From an uncultured Actinomycetes bacterium (GTDB lineage: Bacteria; Actinomycetota; Thermoleophilia; Gaiellales; Gaiellaceae): DNA of 64,000 bases. Positions 49,774 through 64,000 of the stretch are shown here, in pieces; position 1 is the first letter of the stretch, and every line of letters starts with the position of its first letter. The notes below the pieces were generated by a model, which worked only from the letters and a program-made list of their open reading frames with translations, made no database searches and was not told the origin of the DNA. The position numbers were made by a program, and so were the translations under genes. The stretch is taken from NCBI GenBank assembly GCA_963770815.1, contig CAVYQV010000017.1, positions 853 to 64,852 of the forward strand, in the 5' to 3' direction.

Positions 49774-50483
49774 CACGCGAGCTGCCTCTGCGGCCGCCAC
49801 TCGGGATGCGCCTCGATGAACTCCGTGGCGCGCCTGAGGTCCTTCGGCGTGTTCACTGTGAGCCAGACGCCCTCGTGGCGGTGCGCGTGCAGCCGCCGCT
49901 CGCGCGCGAGCTGCGGAAACGTCGACTGCTCGTGGTCGCCCTTCTCCGGGAGCAGGGCGAGCGCTTCGTCGCCGAGCACGTAGACGCCGGAGTTGACCCA
50001 GTGCTCGAGCTGTGGCGCCTCGCGAAAGCCGGTGACGGTGCCGTCGTCCTCGACCTCGACGACGCCGAACGGGGAGCGGACCTGCGCGACGACGATCGTC
50101 CCCGCGGCGCCGCTCGCCTGGTGCTCGGCGAGGAGCGCGCGGAAGTCGACGTCGAGGAGCTCGTCGCCGTTGAGCGCGAGCACCGGCCCTTCCTCCTGCC
50201 GCCGTGTGGCCGCGAGCCTGAGCCCGCCGCCGCGTCCGAGCGGCTCGGCCTCCCCCACCGCCTCGACCTCGGCGCCCAGCCCGGAGAGCGCGTGGACGAA
50301 CGCATCCTCGTCTCCGGAGCGGCACGCGACGATCACGCGCGTCACGCCGCAGTCGACGAGCCGGGCAACCCCGTAGGCCGCGAGCGGGAGCCCCGCGACC
50401 GGCACGAGCGGCTTCGGCAGCCCCTGCGCCGCCTCGCCCAGCCGCTCCGCCTTCCCGCCCGCCAGCAGGAGCGCTTCCATCAC
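49773..50483 (-). CDS. sugar-1-phosphate nucleotidyltransferase (mannose-1-P guanylyltransferase-like)
   Basis: 'ALLLAGGKAERLG...PKPLVPVAG', 236 aa. Overlaps the ugd stop. Confidence 0.8.
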   Translation of the reverse strand: MMEALLLAGGKAERLGEAAQGLPKPLVPVAGLPLAAYGVARLVDCGVTRVIVACRSGDEDAFVHALSGLGAEVEAVGEAEPLGRGGGLRLAATRRQEEGPVLALNGDELLDVDFRALLAEHQASGAAGTIVVAQVRSPFGVVEVEDDGTVTGFREAPQLEHWVNSGVYVLGDEALALLPEKGDHEQSTFPQLARERRLHAHRHEGVWLTVNTPKDLRRATEFIEAHPEWRPQRQLA

Positions 50484-51802
50484 TCGCTCGGTTCCAGCTC
50501 GGGCTCGGCGGCCTCGGGCAGGACGTCAGTCGCCGAGATCCGGCGGCCCGTTCCCTCGTAGGCGAACCCGAGCGCACGCACGGCGTCAGGGTCGAGGAGG
50601 TTGCGCCCGTCGACGATCAGCGGATGCCGCATCGCCCGACGGGTCTCCTCGCCGGGGAACTCGAGCAGCTCCGGCCACTCGGTGACGATGACAGCGGCGT
50701 CGGCGCCCGTGACGGTTTCGAGCGGCGTGTCGCAAAGTGCCACTCCCTGAAGGTCGGGACGAGCGACCGGATCCCAGCCGCGAACCTCTGCCCCCTCGGC
50801 GATCAGCCGCGAGGCGAGCACGAGCGACGGCGCCTCGCGCATGTCGTCCGTGTTCGGCTTGAAGGCGAGACCGAGCAGCGCGATCGACTTGCCGCGCAGC
50901 CCGCCGAGATGGCGCTGCAGCTTCTGCAGGACGCGTCGCTTCTGCAGCTCGTTCACCTCGATCACCGCATTCATGAGGTGGAAGTGGTAACCCGAGTTCG
51001 CCGCGAGCTGCTTCAGCGCGAGCGAATCCTTCGGGAAGCATGAGCCGCCCCACCCGATGCCCGCGCGGAGGAAGTGCGGGCCGAGCCGGTGATCGAGCCC
51101 GATGCCCTCCGCGACGTGCTTGACGTCGGCGCCGACGAGCTCGCAGACGTTCGCGATCTCGTTGATGAAGCTGATGCGGGTGACGAGGAACGCGTTGGCC
51201 GCGAGCTTGATCATCTCCGCGGAGTTGACGTCGGCTCGCACGACCGGCGCGTCGATGGCGGCGTGGAGCGCCTCGACGGCGTCGCCGTCCTCCTGGTCGA
51301 ACGCGCCGATCACGATGCGGTCGGGCTCCATGAAGTCCCGCACCGCCGTGCCCTCGGCCGTGAACTCCGGGTTCGAGACGTAGCCGACCGCGTCGAGGCC
51401 GCGCGCGTCGAGCGCGGCGCGCACCTTCTCCCCGGTGCCGACGGGCACCGTCGACTTCATCACGATCGTTGCGCGCGCGTCGTCCGGGAGCTCGTCGACC
51501 ACCGTCCAGACAGCGGATAGGTCAGCATCGCCGGCGTACGTCGGCGGCGTCCCCACCGCGACGTACAGGAAGTCGGCCCCGGTGACCGCCTCCTGCACGT
51601 CGAGCGTGAACGAGATCCGATCGCGGCAGCGCTCGAGCACCTCGTCGAGCCCGGGCTCGTAGATCGGTACCTCCCCCGCCCGCAGCCCTTCGATGCGCTC
51701 GGGCAGGACGTCGCGCACGACGACCTCGTGGCCGAGGTCCGCGAAGCACGCGCCGGTGACCAGGCCGACATAGCCGGCCCCGAAGATCGCTATCCGTGCC
51801 AC
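50480..51802 (-). CDS. ugd: UDP-glucose 6-dehydrogenase
   Basis: 'IAIFGAGYVGLVTGACFADLGHEV', 'GGSCFPKD', 440 aa. Confidence 0.9.
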   Translation of the reverse strand: MARIAIFGAGYVGLVTGACFADLGHEVVVRDVLPERIEGLRAGEVPIYEPGLDEVLERCRDRISFTLDVQEAVTGADFLYVAVGTPPTYAGDADLSAVWTVVDELPDDARATIVMKSTVPVGTGEKVRAALDARGLDAVGYVSNPEFTAEGTAVRDFMEPDRIVIGAFDQEDGDAVEALHAAIDAPVVRADVNSAEMIKLAANAFLVTRISFINEIANVCELVGADVKHVAEGIGLDHRLGPHFLRAGIGWGGSCFPKDSLALKQLAANSGYHFHLMNAVIEVNELQKRRVLQKLQRHLGGLRGKSIALLGLAFKPNTDDMREAPSLVLASRLIAEGAEVRGWDPVARPDLQGVALCDTPLETVTGADAAVIVTEWPELLEFPGEETRRAMRHPLIVDGRNLLDPDAVRALGFAYEGTGRRISATDVLPEAAEPELEPSE

Positions 51803-51823
51803 GGCCCTAGGGTAATCCGCCGC

Positions 51824-53833
51824 TCAGCGGCGCAGGGGTCTGAGGCTCTCGGCGATCGCGATCATCGTCGAGTTCGAGAGCTCGTTGAGGATCGTGTTCG
51901 AGACCCAGTACGTCGCGCGCGGCGTGCGGAGAGCGACCATCTGGATCGCGCCGCCGGTCGTGTAGACCAGGTACTTCTGGCCGCGGTGGATGAGCGTGAA
52001 GGACGGGTTCCCGAGGATCGGCGCGGAGTTCCAGGTGCTCTCCTCGATGTCCCAATACGCGATCTGGTTCGGCATGACGAAGGTCATCGCGACCTCGTGC
52101 TGGCTCTTAAGCGGCTTGAACGCGCGGACACCGTTCGTGCCGTAGAGCGTGGAGAGGTGGGCGCCCAGCGCGATCTTGTGCGGGACCATCAGCGGGAAGT
52201 GCACCTGGTCGTAGACCTGGCGCAATCGCGGTGCCGTCATGGCCGCGCCGTCGCTCACCTGCGGCGGCACCTTCGGCTGAACCTTCGGGGGCCTGTGGAT
52301 CACGAGTTGGCCGGGGAAGCTCTTCCCAGCCGCGACCACCGTCAACGGGTTGCCGGCCAGCTTCGCAATGCCGGCGATCGGCGTCGTCATCTGCGCCACG
52401 CGCGTGTGCGCGCCGAACAGCGGCAGAAGCTGCTGCGCAGCCTGCTGCGCGTCCGGCTGAGCCGGGTCGTAGTAGATGATGGTGTCGCTCTGGACCTTCG
52501 GTGCATTCGCCTGGTCGCCTGACGGAAGCTCCTTCGTCGTGTAACCGCGCCTCGACAGCAGATACGTCGTCTCTACCGCTTGGCCGGCGACGGTGCCAGC
52601 GTTCAGAACGAGCACGGAGACCTGCGACCTCCGAAGCTTGTGCACTTTCGTCTTCTTCTTCGGGGTCTTTGGCCGACCACCGAACTGGTTGTTGACCGCC
52701 TGCACATCCCGTACGTCCGGGTTGAGAAAACCGTGGACCGCGCCCGCGATCGCCTGTGGCGAGACCGATTCCACGTCGGCACCCGCTGAGGTCGTGAAGA
52801 AGTGGAACTGGTTGAGCGGGATTGCGTTGCGGAAGAGGTGGCCCGGAGGAAGGTGGTAGATGAGACCGAGGTACGTCGTGAGCTCGCCGAGGTTGACCGA
52901 CTGGCTTCCGGCCTTCACGACCTTGATGTTGTCCTTGAGCACATGGACCAGCTTCGGGACCTCGAGCGGAAGGTTCGACAGCGAAAGGCTTGTCCTGAGA
53001 CGGCTCTTGAGCGCCTCGATGAAGAGCTGCTGCCTACCCGTGCGGTAGATGTCGTTGTCCGTGTGCCGGTAGCGAACGTATGACAGAGCCTGGCCTCCGT
53101 CGAGCTTCTGGTAGCCGGGCTGGAGGTTGATCGTCGATGTGCCCGTGTGCGGCGCGATGTAGTAACGGCGATCGACGTTCATGTACACGCCGTGCAGGTT
53201 GTTGACAAGCTGCTTGAAGGCGTGGAAGTCGAGGGTGATGAAGTAGTTGATGTGCAGGCCGGTTAGGTGCTCAACCGTGTCGAGTGTCGCAGCCGGGCCG
53301 TTGTTGCCGCAGAGCCCCCAGGCCGAGTTGATGCGGTCCTGCGTGTAGACCGTGTCGCCGTGGCAGTAGATCGGCACGTACATGTCGCGGGGGAATGAGA
53401 GCAGCGAGAGCGTGTTGTTCGTGGGGTCAGCCCGCAAGAGCATCAGCGTGTCGGAGTTGGAGCCGGCGTAGGGGTTAGCGCCGCTCATTTTCCCGCGCAC
53501 GTCGTAGCCGGCGACGAGGGCGATCGCCGGTTGGTTCGGAGACTTGATCGCGCTGACGTAATTCGACGCGATCCTCGTCACCTTGGTCGGCTGCGACAGG
53601 ACCGCGAGGCTCTCGTGCGTGTACAGGTAGAGCCCGCCCCCGATACCGGTGCCGACCACGGCAAGCGCGACCACAAGCCAGCCGAAGGCGCGGAGGATGA
53701 GCCCGATCACGGATCTCCGCGGCGGCTCGGACTGCCGGTAGCGCGCGACCGGGCCGAAGAGCGGCACGACGGCTTGGCCGCTGCCGCTGACCCCGGCGGC
53801 CTGCCCGATTCCGCGTTTCAACGTCGTCCGCAT
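51824..53833 (-). CDS. LytR-CpsA-Psr (LCP) family protein with a long C-terminal extension
   Basis: N-terminal TM segment. 'SDTLMLLRADP...LSLLSFPRDMYV...RINSAW', 'GGQALSYVRYRHTD.DIYRTGRQQ'. A LytR_C-like segment and ~200 further residues of unknown type follow. Confidence 0.8.
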   Translation of the reverse strand: MRTTLKRGIGQAAGVSGSGQAVVPLFGPVARYRQSEPPRRSVIGLILRAFGWLVVALAVVGTGIGGGLYLYTHESLAVLSQPTKVTRIASNYVSAIKSPNQPAIALVAGYDVRGKMSGANPYAGSNSDTLMLLRADPTNNTLSLLSFPRDMYVPIYCHGDTVYTQDRINSAWGLCGNNGPAATLDTVEHLTGLHINYFITLDFHAFKQLVNNLHGVYMNVDRRYYIAPHTGTSTINLQPGYQKLDGGQALSYVRYRHTDNDIYRTGRQQLFIEALKSRLRTSLSLSNLPLEVPKLVHVLKDNIKVVKAGSQSVNLGELTTYLGLIYHLPPGHLFRNAIPLNQFHFFTTSAGADVESVSPQAIAGAVHGFLNPDVRDVQAVNNQFGGRPKTPKKKTKVHKLRRSQVSVLVLNAGTVAGQAVETTYLLSRRGYTTKELPSGDQANAPKVQSDTIIYYDPAQPDAQQAAQQLLPLFGAHTRVAQMTTPIAGIAKLAGNPLTVVAAGKSFPGQLVIHRPPKVQPKVPPQVSDGAAMTAPRLRQVYDQVHFPLMVPHKIALGAHLSTLYGTNGVRAFKPLKSQHEVAMTFVMPNQIAYWDIEESTWNSAPILGNPSFTLIHRGQKYLVYTTGGAIQMVALRTPRATYWVSNTILNELSNSTMIAIAESLRPLRR

Positions 53834-53876
53834 ATGCGAGATCGGCGCCCCGACCGGCGCCGGCTCCGAGGATAGC

Positions 53877-57548
<3,672 letters not shown>

Positions 57549-57719
57549 CTGCGCTCCTTACTCAGAGGCCCGGGAGCGGGGTGCTCTCGGGCGCTTTAGG
57601 CGTTTGTTGACCCGGTCGCCAAGCTGCCTGTCAAAGCTCTCCGGGTTCCGAAACGCTAGCAGCCGAGCCGCGCGAGACCCGCCGCGTGAGGACCGGAGCG
57701 GACGCTAGGGTGCCCCACC

Positions 57720-59768
57720 GTGGCCGGGGTACACGACGGCGCGACGCTGCGCGCGGCGCTCCTCGAGATCGCGAGCGATTTCTCCTTCACGTGGATCGCC
57801 GAGGCGCGCCTCCTCTTCGACGCGCTCGACCCGCGGCGCTTCGCCGAGCTGGCGCACAACCCGACCGCGCTCCTGTCCGAGCTGACGGACGACGACCTCG
57901 CGCGAGCGATCACGTCGGACTACGTCGCGCAGCTGGCGCGCGTGCAAGGGCGCCTGGTGCGCGACCGCGGCGAGGAGACGTGGTGGCGCAGCCGGAGCGG
58001 CCCGTCCGACCTGCTGGTCGCCTACTTCTCCGCGGAGTTCGGGCTCGACGAGAGCCTCCCCATCTACTCCGGGGGGCTCGGCGTGCTCGCCGGCGACTAC
58101 CTCAAGGCGGCGTCGGAGCTCGGCATCCCGCTCGTCGGCATCGGTCTCTTCTACCGCCAGGGCTACTTCCAGCAGCGCCTCGACGAGCACGACCGCCAGA
58201 TCGAGCACTACCCGCTGGTCGATGCCAACCGGCTGCCGCTCGAGCTCGTGCCGATGGCTCCCGTGGTCGAGCTCGCGGACGCCGGCGGCGAGCTCGTGCC
58301 GGTGCGGCTCGGCGTCTGGCGGGTGCGAGTCGGCCGCGTCTCGCTCTACCTGCTCGACACCCGGTTCGGGGGAAATCCGGACTGGGCGGTCACCGACACG
58401 CTCTACGGCGGCGACCGGGCGAACCGGCTGCGGCAGGAGGTCGTGCTCGGAGTCGGCGGCGTCCGCGTGTTGCGCCGGCTCGGGCTCGAGCCGACGGTCT
58501 TCCACCTGAACGAGGGCCACTCGGCGTTTCTCCAGCTCGAACGGATGCGCGAGCTCGTCGAGGAGCACGGCCTCACCGCGGACAAGGCGATCGAGCGGCT
58601 GCGCGCATCGACGGTCTTCACGACGCACACGCCGGTGCCGGCGGGGAACGAGGTGTTCGATCCCGAGCTCGTGCGCGCCACGCTCGGCGGGCTCGTCGAG
58701 CGCTGCGGGCTCGCGTGGGAGGACTTCGTGGCGCTCGGCAAGGTGGAGCAGGGCGAGCCGGGCTTCGGCCTCACCCCGTTCGCGCTGCGCACCTCGCAGT
58801 ACGCGAACGCCGTCTCGGAGCTCCACGGGGCCGTGTCGCGCGAGATGTGGCACGGGCTGTGGCCCGAGCGGCGGGTTGACGAGGTCCCCATCACGTCGGT
58901 CACGAACGGCGTCCACCAGCGGACGTGGATCTCCGGCGGGCTCGAGGAGCTGCTCGGCGACACCGACCCCCAGTTCGAGCGCGCGCGCGAGGTGCCGGCA
59001 GAGGACCTCTGGGCTGCGCACCGCCGCTCGAAGGAGCAGCTGCTCGACTTCGTGGCCACGACACGCGGCGTGCGCGAGCTCGACCCCGACATCCTCACAA
59101 TCGGCTTCGCGCGCCGCTTCGCGACCTACAAGCGCGCGAGCCTCCTCTTCAGCCGGCCCGAGCGGTTCGGGCTGCTCCTCGCCGATCCCGACCGCCCGAT
59201 CCAGGTGCTCGTGGCCGGCAAGGCACACCCGGCCGACGAGGACGGCAAGGATCTGATCCAGCTCGTCGTCGACTTCGCCCGCGAGCCCGCGGCGGCCGGA
59301 CGCGTCGTCTTCCTCGAAGACTACGAGATGACGCTCGCGCGGCGGCTCGTGCAGGGCGTCGACGTCTGGCTGAATACGCCGCGCCGCCCGTTCGAGGCGT
59401 CGGGCACCTCGGGGATGAAAGCGGCGCTGAACGGCGTGCTCAACTGCTCGATCCTCGACGGCTGGTGGGCCGAGGCGTACTCCCCGGCCTGCGGATTCGC
59501 GATCAGCGGTCTCGAGGCGGCGAGCGACGAGGAGCAGGACGAAGCAGACGCGGAGGCGCTGTACGCGGTGCTCGAGGAGCAGGTGCTGCCGGCATATTAC
59601 GAGCGGGACGAGGCCGGGCTGCCTCAGCGGTGGCTCGCGCTGATGCGGGAGTCGATCGCCGAGCTCGGGCCGCGGTTCGGCACCGCCCGGATGGCAGCGG
59701 CGTACGTCGAGCGGCTCTACCTCCCGGCCCACGAGGGCGCAACGCGGACGGCAAGATGGGTCGCGTAG
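57720..59768 (+). CDS. glgP: alpha-glucan (maltodextrin/glycogen) phosphorylase, GT35
   Basis: 'YFSAEFGL...PIYSGGLGVLAGD', 'TNGVH..TW', 'EASGTSGMKAALNG'. Confidence 0.85.
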   Translation: MAGVHDGATLRAALLEIASDFSFTWIAEARLLFDALDPRRFAELAHNPTALLSELTDDDLARAITSDYVAQLARVQGRLVRDRGEETWWRSRSGPSDLLVAYFSAEFGLDESLPIYSGGLGVLAGDYLKAASELGIPLVGIGLFYRQGYFQQRLDEHDRQIEHYPLVDANRLPLELVPMAPVVELADAGGELVPVRLGVWRVRVGRVSLYLLDTRFGGNPDWAVTDTLYGGDRANRLRQEVVLGVGGVRVLRRLGLEPTVFHLNEGHSAFLQLERMRELVEEHGLTADKAIERLRASTVFTTHTPVPAGNEVFDPELVRATLGGLVERCGLAWEDFVALGKVEQGEPGFGLTPFALRTSQYANAVSELHGAVSREMWHGLWPERRVDEVPITSVTNGVHQRTWISGGLEELLGDTDPQFERAREVPAEDLWAAHRRSKEQLLDFVATTRGVRELDPDILTIGFARRFATYKRASLLFSRPERFGLLLADPDRPIQVLVAGKAHPADEDGKDLIQLVVDFAREPAAAGRVVFLEDYEMTLARRLVQGVDVWLNTPRRPFEASGTSGMKAALNGVLNCSILDGWWAEAYSPACGFAISGLEAASDEEQDEADAEALYAVLEEQVLPAYYERDEAGLPQRWLALMRESIAELGPRFGTARMAAAYVERLYLPAHEGATRTARWVA

Positions 59769-60118
59769 TGGCCGACAACGAGGAGGTGGACTTCGAGCAG
59801 CTCGTGCGCGACGCGCTCGACGCGCTGCCGGACGACATCCGCGGCCTGATGACGAACGTTGCCGTCACGGTCGAGGACGAGTCGCCACGGGGGCCGAACT
59901 TGCTCGGCCTTTATGAGGGCATCCCGTGGGGCAAGCGCGGTCCCTACTACAGCGGCGCTCTGCCGGACAAGATCACGATCTACCGCGTCTCGCTCGAACG
60001 GATCGCGGGCAGCGATCCCGAGCGGCTACGGGCACTGGTGCGGCGCACTGTCTTCCACGAGATCGCGCACCACTTCGGCATCAGCGACGAACGCCTCGTC
60101 GAAATCGACCGCTACTGA
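59756..60118 (+). CDS. zincin-like metallopeptidase-family protein (DUF1025-like)
   Basis: Tail of ORF 58925..60118 from the ATG at 59756. 'LLGLYEG...ITIYR...TVFHEIAHHFGISDE'. Overlaps the glgP end by 13 nt. Confidence 0.75.
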   Translation: MGRVVADNEEVDFEQLVRDALDALPDDIRGLMTNVAVTVEDESPRGPNLLGLYEGIPWGKRGPYYSGALPDKITIYRVSLERIAGSDPERLRALVRRTVFHEIAHHFGISDERLVEIDRY

Positions 60119-60280
60119 TCCGGGCGTTTGACCCACGAGGCGCGATAGGCCGGAGGCTAAGACCGCCGCAAAGCGGCGACTTAGCCGCAGGCCGGACTGC
60201 GCTCGCGCCGGCCTCCGCCGCGCGCGAGCGCACGAGAGTGGCCTCTCGTCCAGGGATCGAACAGCAAAGAACAGCACGGA

Positions 60281-60310
60281 GCCGCCGGGAGACCGCGCTC
60301 TCCCGGCGGC
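60281..60310 (-). terminator. intrinsic terminator of atpC
   Basis: Perfect 12-bp stem GCCGCCGGGAGA/TCTCCCGGCGGC with a 6-nt loop. On the minus strand it is followed by the T-rich stretch TCCGTGCTGTTCTTTGCTGTT. Confidence 0.6.
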
Positions 60311-60336
60311 GCAGTTCCTTCCCTCTCGGGCGCGAG

Positions 60337-60759
60337 CTAGCTCGCGCCCGAAACGGTCAGTTGGTTCTCGGCGTGGCGGATGCGCTGTTCGAGCTGCCAG
60401 CGGTCGGCGGTGGACTCCCCCGCCTCGACCTTCGCGAGTTCTTCCTGCGCCTCCTCGAGCTGGCGGCGCGCCCGCTCCTCGTCGATGTCACCCGCGGCGA
60501 CCGCGTCGTCGACGAGTGCGATCGCGCGGTTCTCGAGCACCTGGAAGAAGCCCGGGCCGGTCGCGAACTCGCGCACCTCCCCCTCCCCCAGGTGGACGCG
60601 CGTCGAGCCCGCCCGCAGCATCGCGACCAGTGGAGCGTGTCGCGCGAGGACGCCGATCTCCCCCGCCGCTCCGGGCACGATCAGCATCTCGGCCTCGCCT
60701 TCGAACGCCGGGCCCTCCGGCGTCACGACCGAGACCGGGAAGACGGGATGGTCCGCCAC
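60337..60759 (-). CDS. atpC: F0F1 ATP synthase subunit epsilon
   Basis: 'VSVVTPEGPAFEGEAEMLIVPGAAGEIGVLARHAPLVAML'. It lies 9 nt downstream of atpD. Confidence 0.85.
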   Translation of the reverse strand: MADHPVFPVSVVTPEGPAFEGEAEMLIVPGAAGEIGVLARHAPLVAMLRAGSTRVHLGEGEVREFATGPGFFQVLENRAIALVDDAVAAGDIDEERARRQLEEAQEELAKVEAGESTADRWQLEQRIRHAENQLTVSGAS

Positions 60760-60768
60760 GTCGCCTCG

Positions 60769-62334
<1,566 letters not shown>

Positions 62335-62394
62335 CTAGCCGAGCGAGGTTCGCCCCCCTCGGTGGAACCGACCACGTTTGCGAAGCTTGCCGCC

Positions 62395-64000
62395 ATGGCC
62401 GAAACAGACGCATCTGCGACGCCTTCCGGAGCTCCGTTCAGCGGTCGCACGGCGTGGACGCGCAACCTGCAGACTCCGCTCCGCGCCTTCCTCAACACCG
62501 AGACCGGCAGCGCCGCCGTCCTTCTCGCCGCGGTCGTCGTGGCGCTCGTCTGGGCGAACGTCGATCACGCGTCGTACGAGCGCGTCTGGACCACGACGCT
62601 CTCGATCCGCTTCGGCGCGCACTCGATCTCGATGGACCTGCGCGGCTGGATCAACAGCGGCCTGATGGCCTTCTTCTTCTTCGTGATCGGGCTCGAGGCG
62701 CGGCGCGAGTTCGATCTCGGCGAGCTGCGCGAGCGCCGACGCGTCGCGCTGCCGCTCCTCGCAGGTCTCGGCGGGATGGCCGTGCCGGTCCTGATCTACC
62801 TCGCGATCAACGCTGGCCACGACTCGGTCCACGGCTGGGGAGCGGCGATGTCGACGGACACCGCGTTCGCGCTCGGGCTGCTCGCGCTCGTGGGATCGGG
62901 CCTCCCGGACCGCCTGCGTGCGTATCTCCTGACGGTCGCGGTCGTCGACGACATCATCGCGCTGCTCGTGATCGCGATCGCCTACAGCGGGTCGATCTCC
63001 GTCGTCCCGCTCGTCGTCGCGTTCGGGCTCTTCGGCTGCATCCTGCTGGTCCGGGCCGCGGACATCCACGTCGGCCTCGTCTACTTCGTGCTCGGAACCG
63101 CGGTCTGGGTCGCGTTCTACGAGTCCGGTGTCGACCCGGTCGTCGCGGGCCTGATGGGCGGCGTGATCGCGCTCGCGTATCCCGCGCAGCGGACCGACCT
63201 CGAGCGGGCGAGCGACATCTTTCGCCTCTTCCGCGAGCAGCCGACCGGCGACCTCGCCCGCAACGCGCGCGGCGCGCTGAGGACGGCCGTGTCGCCGAAC
63301 GAGCGGCTGCAGTCGCTCTGGCATCCGTGGACGAGCTACGTGGTCGTGCCGCTCTTCGCGCTGGCGAACGCCGGTGTCCACCTGAGCGCCGGGTTCCTCT
63401 CGACGGCGTTCACGTCGCCCGTGACGCTCGGGATCATCTTCGGCTACGTCCTCGGCAAGCCGATCGGGATCACCGGGGCATCATGGCTCGCGACCCACCT
63501 CAGCCGCGGGCGCCTGAGGCCACCGGTCGGCTGGGCGTCGGTGGCGGGCGCCGGCACGATCGCCGGGATCGGCTTCACCGTCTCGATCCTCATCGCCGAT
63601 CTCGCCTTCCACGGCACGCAGCTCGACGAGGCGAAGGTCGGGACCCTCACGGCGGCGCTGCTGGCGGCGACGCTCACCTGGCTCGTCGTCGCCGCCACGA
63701 AGCGGCTGCCGCGGAGACGGCGGATCAGGATGCTGCTCGGCACGCCGGACCTGATCGTCGACCTCGCGGAGCCGGTCGACCCGGAGCGCGACCACATCCG
63801 CGGCCCGGTCGACGCGCCGGTCACGGTGCTCGAGTACGGCGACTTCGAGTGTCCGTACTGCGGCCAGGCGGAGCCGGTGGTGCGCGAGCTGCTGCGCGAG
63901 CACGGGGACGTCGGCTACGTCTGGCGGCATCTGCCGCTCAACGACGTCCATCCGAACGCGCAGCTGGCCGCGGAGGCCGCCGAGGCGTCGGCCGAACAGG
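62395..64000 (+). CDS. nhaA: Na+/H+ antiporter NhaA fused to a DsbA-like thioredoxin domain (3' end outside the window)
   Basis: Not in the ORF track because there is no stop inside the window. My own translation from the ATG at 62395 gives 'WINSGLMAFFFFVIGLEARRE', 'VVDDIIALLVIAIAY', then 'VTVLEYGDFECPYCGQAEP'. The listed minus-strand ORFs 62335..63381 and 63481..63951 are antisense to it. Confidence 0.85.
   Translation, partial: MAETDASATPSGAPFSGRTAWTRNLQTPLRAFLNTETGSAAVLLAAVVVALVWANVDHASYERVWTTTLSIRFGAHSISMDLRGWINSGLMAFFFFVIGLEARREFDLGELRERRRVALPLLAGLGGMAVPVLIYLAINAGHDSVHGWGAAMSTDTAFALGLLALVGSGLPDRLRAYLLTVAVVDDIIALLVIAIAYSGSISVVPLVVAFGLFGCILLVRAADIHVGLVYFVLGTAVWVAFYESGVDPVVAGLMGGVIALAYPAQRTDLERASDIFRLFREQPTGDLARNARGALRTAVSPNERLQSLWHPWTSYVVVPLFALANAGVHLSAGFLSTAFTSPVTLGIIFGYVLGKPIGITGASWLATHLSRGRLRPPVGWASVAGAGTIAGIGFTVSILIADLAFHGTQLDEAKVGTLTAALLAATLTWLVVAATKRLPRRRRIRMLLGTPDLIVDLAEPVDPERDHIRGPVDAPVTVLEYGDFECPYCGQAEPVVRELLREHGDVGYVWRHLPLNDVHPNAQLAAEAAEASAEQ

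Noticed and set aside
57549-57719. A riboswitch (SAM, SAH or cobalamin) in the 171-nt metH/glgP divergent intergenic region.
   Set aside because: By eye I could not find the conserved cores: the B12 box, SAM-I/IV GGCAACC-type elements, or the SAH AGGCUC...GCGCUCAC elements. A covariance-model scan would be needed to exclude one formally.

Overview
By eye this is a very GC-rich, Actinobacteria-like chromosomal segment. It is densely coding and mostly on the minus strand. The backbone is ordinary housekeeping DNA with recognisable actinobacterial synteny: prfB-ftsE-ftsX...smpB-ssrA, comF-hpf-secA, a methionine/SAM-cycle group (metH, ahcY, mtnA), atpD-atpC, glgP, and a 3'-truncated nhaA-DsbA fusion that the ORF track misses because it runs off the window end. 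I found no rRNA, tRNA, CRISPR array or intact mobile element.

The first ~12.4 kb is a surface-polysaccharide locus: Wzc-like tyrosine kinase, WbaP-like priming transferase, ABC exporter, Wzy-like protein, several glycosyltransferases, a sulfotransferase and a methyltransferase. Seven of its roughly twelve genes are split across reading frames by about 15 single-base indels that fall in tight patches. In contrast, the long housekeeping genes elsewhere are intact (metH 1223 aa, secA 883 aa, a 1064-aa cyclase-STAND protein). This is either a decaying locus or local sequence error; I cannot tell which from the sequence alone.

Other notable points:
- The tmRNA gene is followed by two extra direct copies of its 3' end, delimiting two small integrase-less islets.
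- A truncated integrase/excisionase remnant sits next to a divIVA pair.
- A ~32-nt intergenic repeat occurs at least three times downstream of plus-strand genes.
- A 15-nt palindromic motif occurs twice between ahcY and mtnA.
- mtnA overlaps a nucleotidyltransferase gene by 4 nt.
- atpDC is detached from the rest of the atp genes.

I did not recognise a clearly novel multi-gene system such as a defence system. Most long plus-strand ORFs in the track are antisense artefacts of the high GC content.
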